Shown one piece after another: positions 60,540-64,000 of a DNA stretch of 64,000 nt. Below the pieces are notes generated by a model that was not told the origin of the DNA, did no database searches, and worked only from the letters and a program-made list of their open reading frames with translations. The position numbers and the translations under genes were made by a program. The stretch spans positions 62,001 through 126,000 of the forward strand of contig NW_003314422.1 of assembly GCF_000143415.4 (NCBI RefSeq), read 5' to 3'. The stretch comes from Selaginella moellendorffii. Lineage: Eukaryota; Plantae; Lycopodiophyta. Positions within the stretch are counted from its first letter, which is position 1, and every line of letters starts with the position of its first letter.

Positions 60540-63500
60540 TCCAAAAGTTTTCTACAACTCAGCAATAGTAAGGCTTGCTTGGTGTATATAAATATCCACT
60601 TTAGGATCCTGATGCAAGATGTTGATGAAGATGTAGTACATATGTTTGCAAGGAGCATATGCCTTCCTATGTTCCTCGCGCTTCATAAAGTTTGGACATG
60701 TGCAAAAAGGAAAGTCGTGAATGGCAATTATGTACTCTCCACCTTCTGTTTTGACTATGTACTCCTTTGCAAGCGTAGTGATGTACATCGTGGAGAGAAT
60801 CTCACACTCAAGTGTTTGAGCCAAGTTTATTTTACCTTGCTTCTGCTTGGAGACATTACCAATAAATTTAACTGCCTTACCTTTTCGTGCTGGCCTCCTG
60901 TGCATCTCTGTAGGAATAGTCTTGGTTCTGTTACTCATGTCTCCAACTCTCCTCTCAAGATTGAAACCAGATTTCTCAGGGTTTTCAATCTCATCCGAGG
61001 TGAGCGCGACCTCTTTAAGTATTGCATCAGGTTTAGTCATTATAGTGTCTTCAAGCCGCATTGTATGGTTGGCATCGGTGTTGCAACAATATAGCCAGCA
61101 CCATCTCGAAAATTCTACTTGCTTTCGTTCCCCATAGAAACATGGGGCTGGAACAAAAGAAAATTTGTCACCACGAATCCAGGCCCAACACTTGCCCCTC
61201 GGAAGCATCCCAACACACCTTACATTCGATTTTGCTAGCACGCGTCAGATTGCCCATTGCTTTGGCTTCACGCTATGGTAAGCAATTTCAATTTGTTGCA
61301 ATGCACTCTCTTCATCAGCCACTTGAGGTGGCTCAGTTCAAGAGTGATGTCTTGGAGCAAAATGGTACTCGACATCAGGCTTGTGAGAGCTTTTCGCTCC
61401 AAGGTTCGTACCAACATCTTCCCTAGCAAAGGAAAAACAACGCTTTGAGCAGACAATCTTCATATCACCAATAGAACCTCAAAGAGTGTATTTCATAGAT
61501 GTGCCACGAACCACTTCCTCAACTACAGTTGCCATTGTTTGAGCGGGTGGAGTTAATTTTCTCTTCATCCTATCATGTAACATCTCAATAGAAGGCCCTG
61601 TTCCCATGTATCTTCCTTCCTCGAATGCCAGTGCTTTTGAAGATTGCTCTATAGCACGTATCAAATCTGATAGACAGGCTTCGTATAGACTTATCTTCCC
61701 TTTCCCTGCCTCAGAGGAACGCCAACTCCAGTGCTTACTTATTGGAGAGATTCACAGTTGGGGTGTATGTGAGGTCCTCAAGTGGTTGATCCTAATGGAA
61801 AAAGCAATATTAAAAAGTAATAAAAGGAGAAGAAAAAATAGAAACCAACCTAAAAAGAGTGATGTCCCCACTGAAACATCTTAACTTCCCACCACCTTAA
61901 CCATGACTCAAGTTGTGGTAGGCAATTTACATATGTATGGCCATCTTCATGCCACCATAGCCTTGGACTTCCTAGTGGTTATCTCATCACCCAGCACTTG
62001 GGTACAGCCTTCCTAGGCCAAACTAGCTCCATTGTTTGCACAGCTCCTTAAATATTGGTTGAAACTCTAACTTGATAAAGTGGCAGTGCTGGTTTAGGCT
62101 TTGAGCCCAATGGAACTCACAAGTCCTCTCACAACCTTCCAATGGCTGACCATTCCCAAAAACTGCTTGGACACCATTCCAGTTTGCACTAGCCCTATCT
62201 GCCATGAAACCGCAAAAGTTTGCAAGCTTATCAGTCCACTTTAGGACAATATCGGAGAGGGACTTCCAAAATATTTCCTGTGCTGTCTGGTCTTGTACTT
62301 TAAACTCTGCTGTCGCAATTGTTAAGTTACAACGTAGCCTATGAAAACACAAATATTACAAAAATTTCAATATAATGAGAATAAAAATTACCTTGGATCA
62401 TACACATGAGCTCCCATGGTTGTCCAACCGGATACACGCTCCATATGGTCAAAATGTACCCATGCATTTGCAAAGTCATTGGAAACATTCATATGTCTAT
62501 TTAGGAAACAAGATCTACACTAGAGGCAGGGTTCATGGTAAATATTTTGAAGATGAAGGGGCGCTCTTGTTCATTCACAACTTGGTCTGGAAAGAAATTT
62601 CCGTGGATGAACTCATATGGACAAGTCTGTTTCAATTCAAGGATGGAGTTAATTTTTTATTGTAACTTCCCCTCTCGAGATTCACACATCCAAGATTTTG
62701 TCCTAAACAATATAATGTAAGAAAAAATTATTATTATAACGTATGAAATATAACAGATGTACCTCCTTAGGCTAATAGTAGGTTGTACTCCTTGTAGTAA
62801 GTCCCGGAAGCTAGCCTCGTTTAGTTGAGTCTTTTGGCAACCTGGATTGAGTAAAGTGTTTGCAATAAAATCCTTGAGGACAGTCTTCTGAACATGCTTT
62901 GGAGTTATAGATGAGTTTCTCATAATCTCTTCCTGCACAGCATCTTTGAAACGGTTAAGAGAACTCCTTTGTATCCCTTCCTACATTGGATGCATGTGTG
63001 TGCCAACATGCACTACAGCTCTTCCAGCCACTCCATCATGTGGAAGAAAGTAGTACATATTAGCCTCGCAAATAGCACGACATAGAGGAGCATTTTTGCA
63101 GAATCAACATTTGAATCCAACATCAATGGTGTCACAGGCTGGAGGATTGACTGTAGACCCTTCAAAAAATATAGAGTTTTTACAACAGTCTCGATTGCAT
63201 GCTTCATCCACACAATCTAAATGCCCGCCACAATGAATTATAGACATTGTGCCTTCAAAATGTTGGAAGTGTGTAGTCTTAATCTTGCACCAATTGTGGA
63301 CATCCTGCTTAGTTTCCATCCCCTTTCGTTTGGAATATGCTATTGACAAGAGGTGGTAGCTCGAAGAAAATGTTGCTGTTGTAGGAGGATGGAAACTCAC
63401 TCATAAGCCTATACAAAAACAAGTGCACATCGATTGAGAGGCATGAAAACTGTAAAGCATTGCTTACGGCTTTGAATATTGCTAAAGTTGGAGTTGAAGC

Positions 63501-63890
63501 TGGAGCTGGAGCTGGTGAATTTGGCATCGACACTAGCATGACTTCTCCACTTGAACTAGAAAAGGATGAAAGGATAACGATTAACTCTTACTTCACATTC
63601 ACTTTGGCTGGAGTGCATTTTGACATTTTAACTGGAGATCCAAACACTCGAATCTCCTTTGACTTGGAATTCTGTAAATCCCATTATTGTCCACCCTCGC
63701 CCACACCAAAAAGAAGAAACTCTGAGTATGCAACTATACCAGTGTTGTTGCGAATCACAGCCTCTAAAGAAATAGAGCCAAGACGAAGATTAAAATGCTG
63801 ACGTAAAAAACTTTCATAAACAATACTCTGAGAGAATGAAAGAGGTGGGTGATCTTGAAAATGAAGAAGAAACCTCTCCATCCTTCTCAA
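60540..63890 (-). pseudogene. Mutator-like (MULE) transposase remnant with SWIM finger and a Cys/His-rich N-terminal region
   Basis: GFMADRASANWNGVQAVFG..CEFHWAQSL (D and CxxH), SWIM CTCPNF..CKHMYYIF, CGGHLDCVDEAC. Several stops and introns; ends approximate. Confidence 0.75.
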
Positions 63891-64000
63891 TAAGTTTTGG
63901 AGTTCTCTCTTTTTATGTTACTTGTAAAAATCCATAGTGAAACATAATTAAAATTTAAATAGAGTAATAAGAAGACAAAGTACAAAATGAATTTAAATTC

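Overview
Eukaryotic plant nuclear DNA. The very compact genes and 47-60 nt GT/GC-AG introns suggest a lycophyte such as Selaginella (inference). Positions 1-12.6 kb are gene-dense: Tdp1-beta (3' part), an intronless Gag/retropepsin-derived ORF, an RPW8-like NB-ARC-LRR gene, an SCP/CTDSP-like HAD gene, a small unknown gene and INTS2. The remainder is mostly nested transposons around a tail-to-tail HIPP pair. These comprise a decayed Ty3/gypsy holding a solo LTR that holds an intact hAT, a pogo remnant, a non-coding LTR element (A), a second LTR element (B), a near-intact chromovirus (C) and a MULE/SWIM remnant. The best candidate for a new system is a 12.3-kb TIR DNA transposon (33568-45888; 24-bp TIRs, 4-bp ACCT TSD, Sola-like DDD transposase) inserted in element A. 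It carries a divergently transcribed 10-exon gene of about 1,640 aa (ParB/Srx-like + degenerate beta-class methyltransferase-like + FCP1/SCP-like HAD domain) and about 18 dispersed copies of a 22-bp palindrome (ATGGCRTGWGGCCWCAYGCCAT) seen only inside the element. The chromovirus also has two spliceosomal introns in its integrase and a structured 3' UTR with two tRNA T-arm-like hairpins. Domain calls are by eye from motifs; no searches were run.
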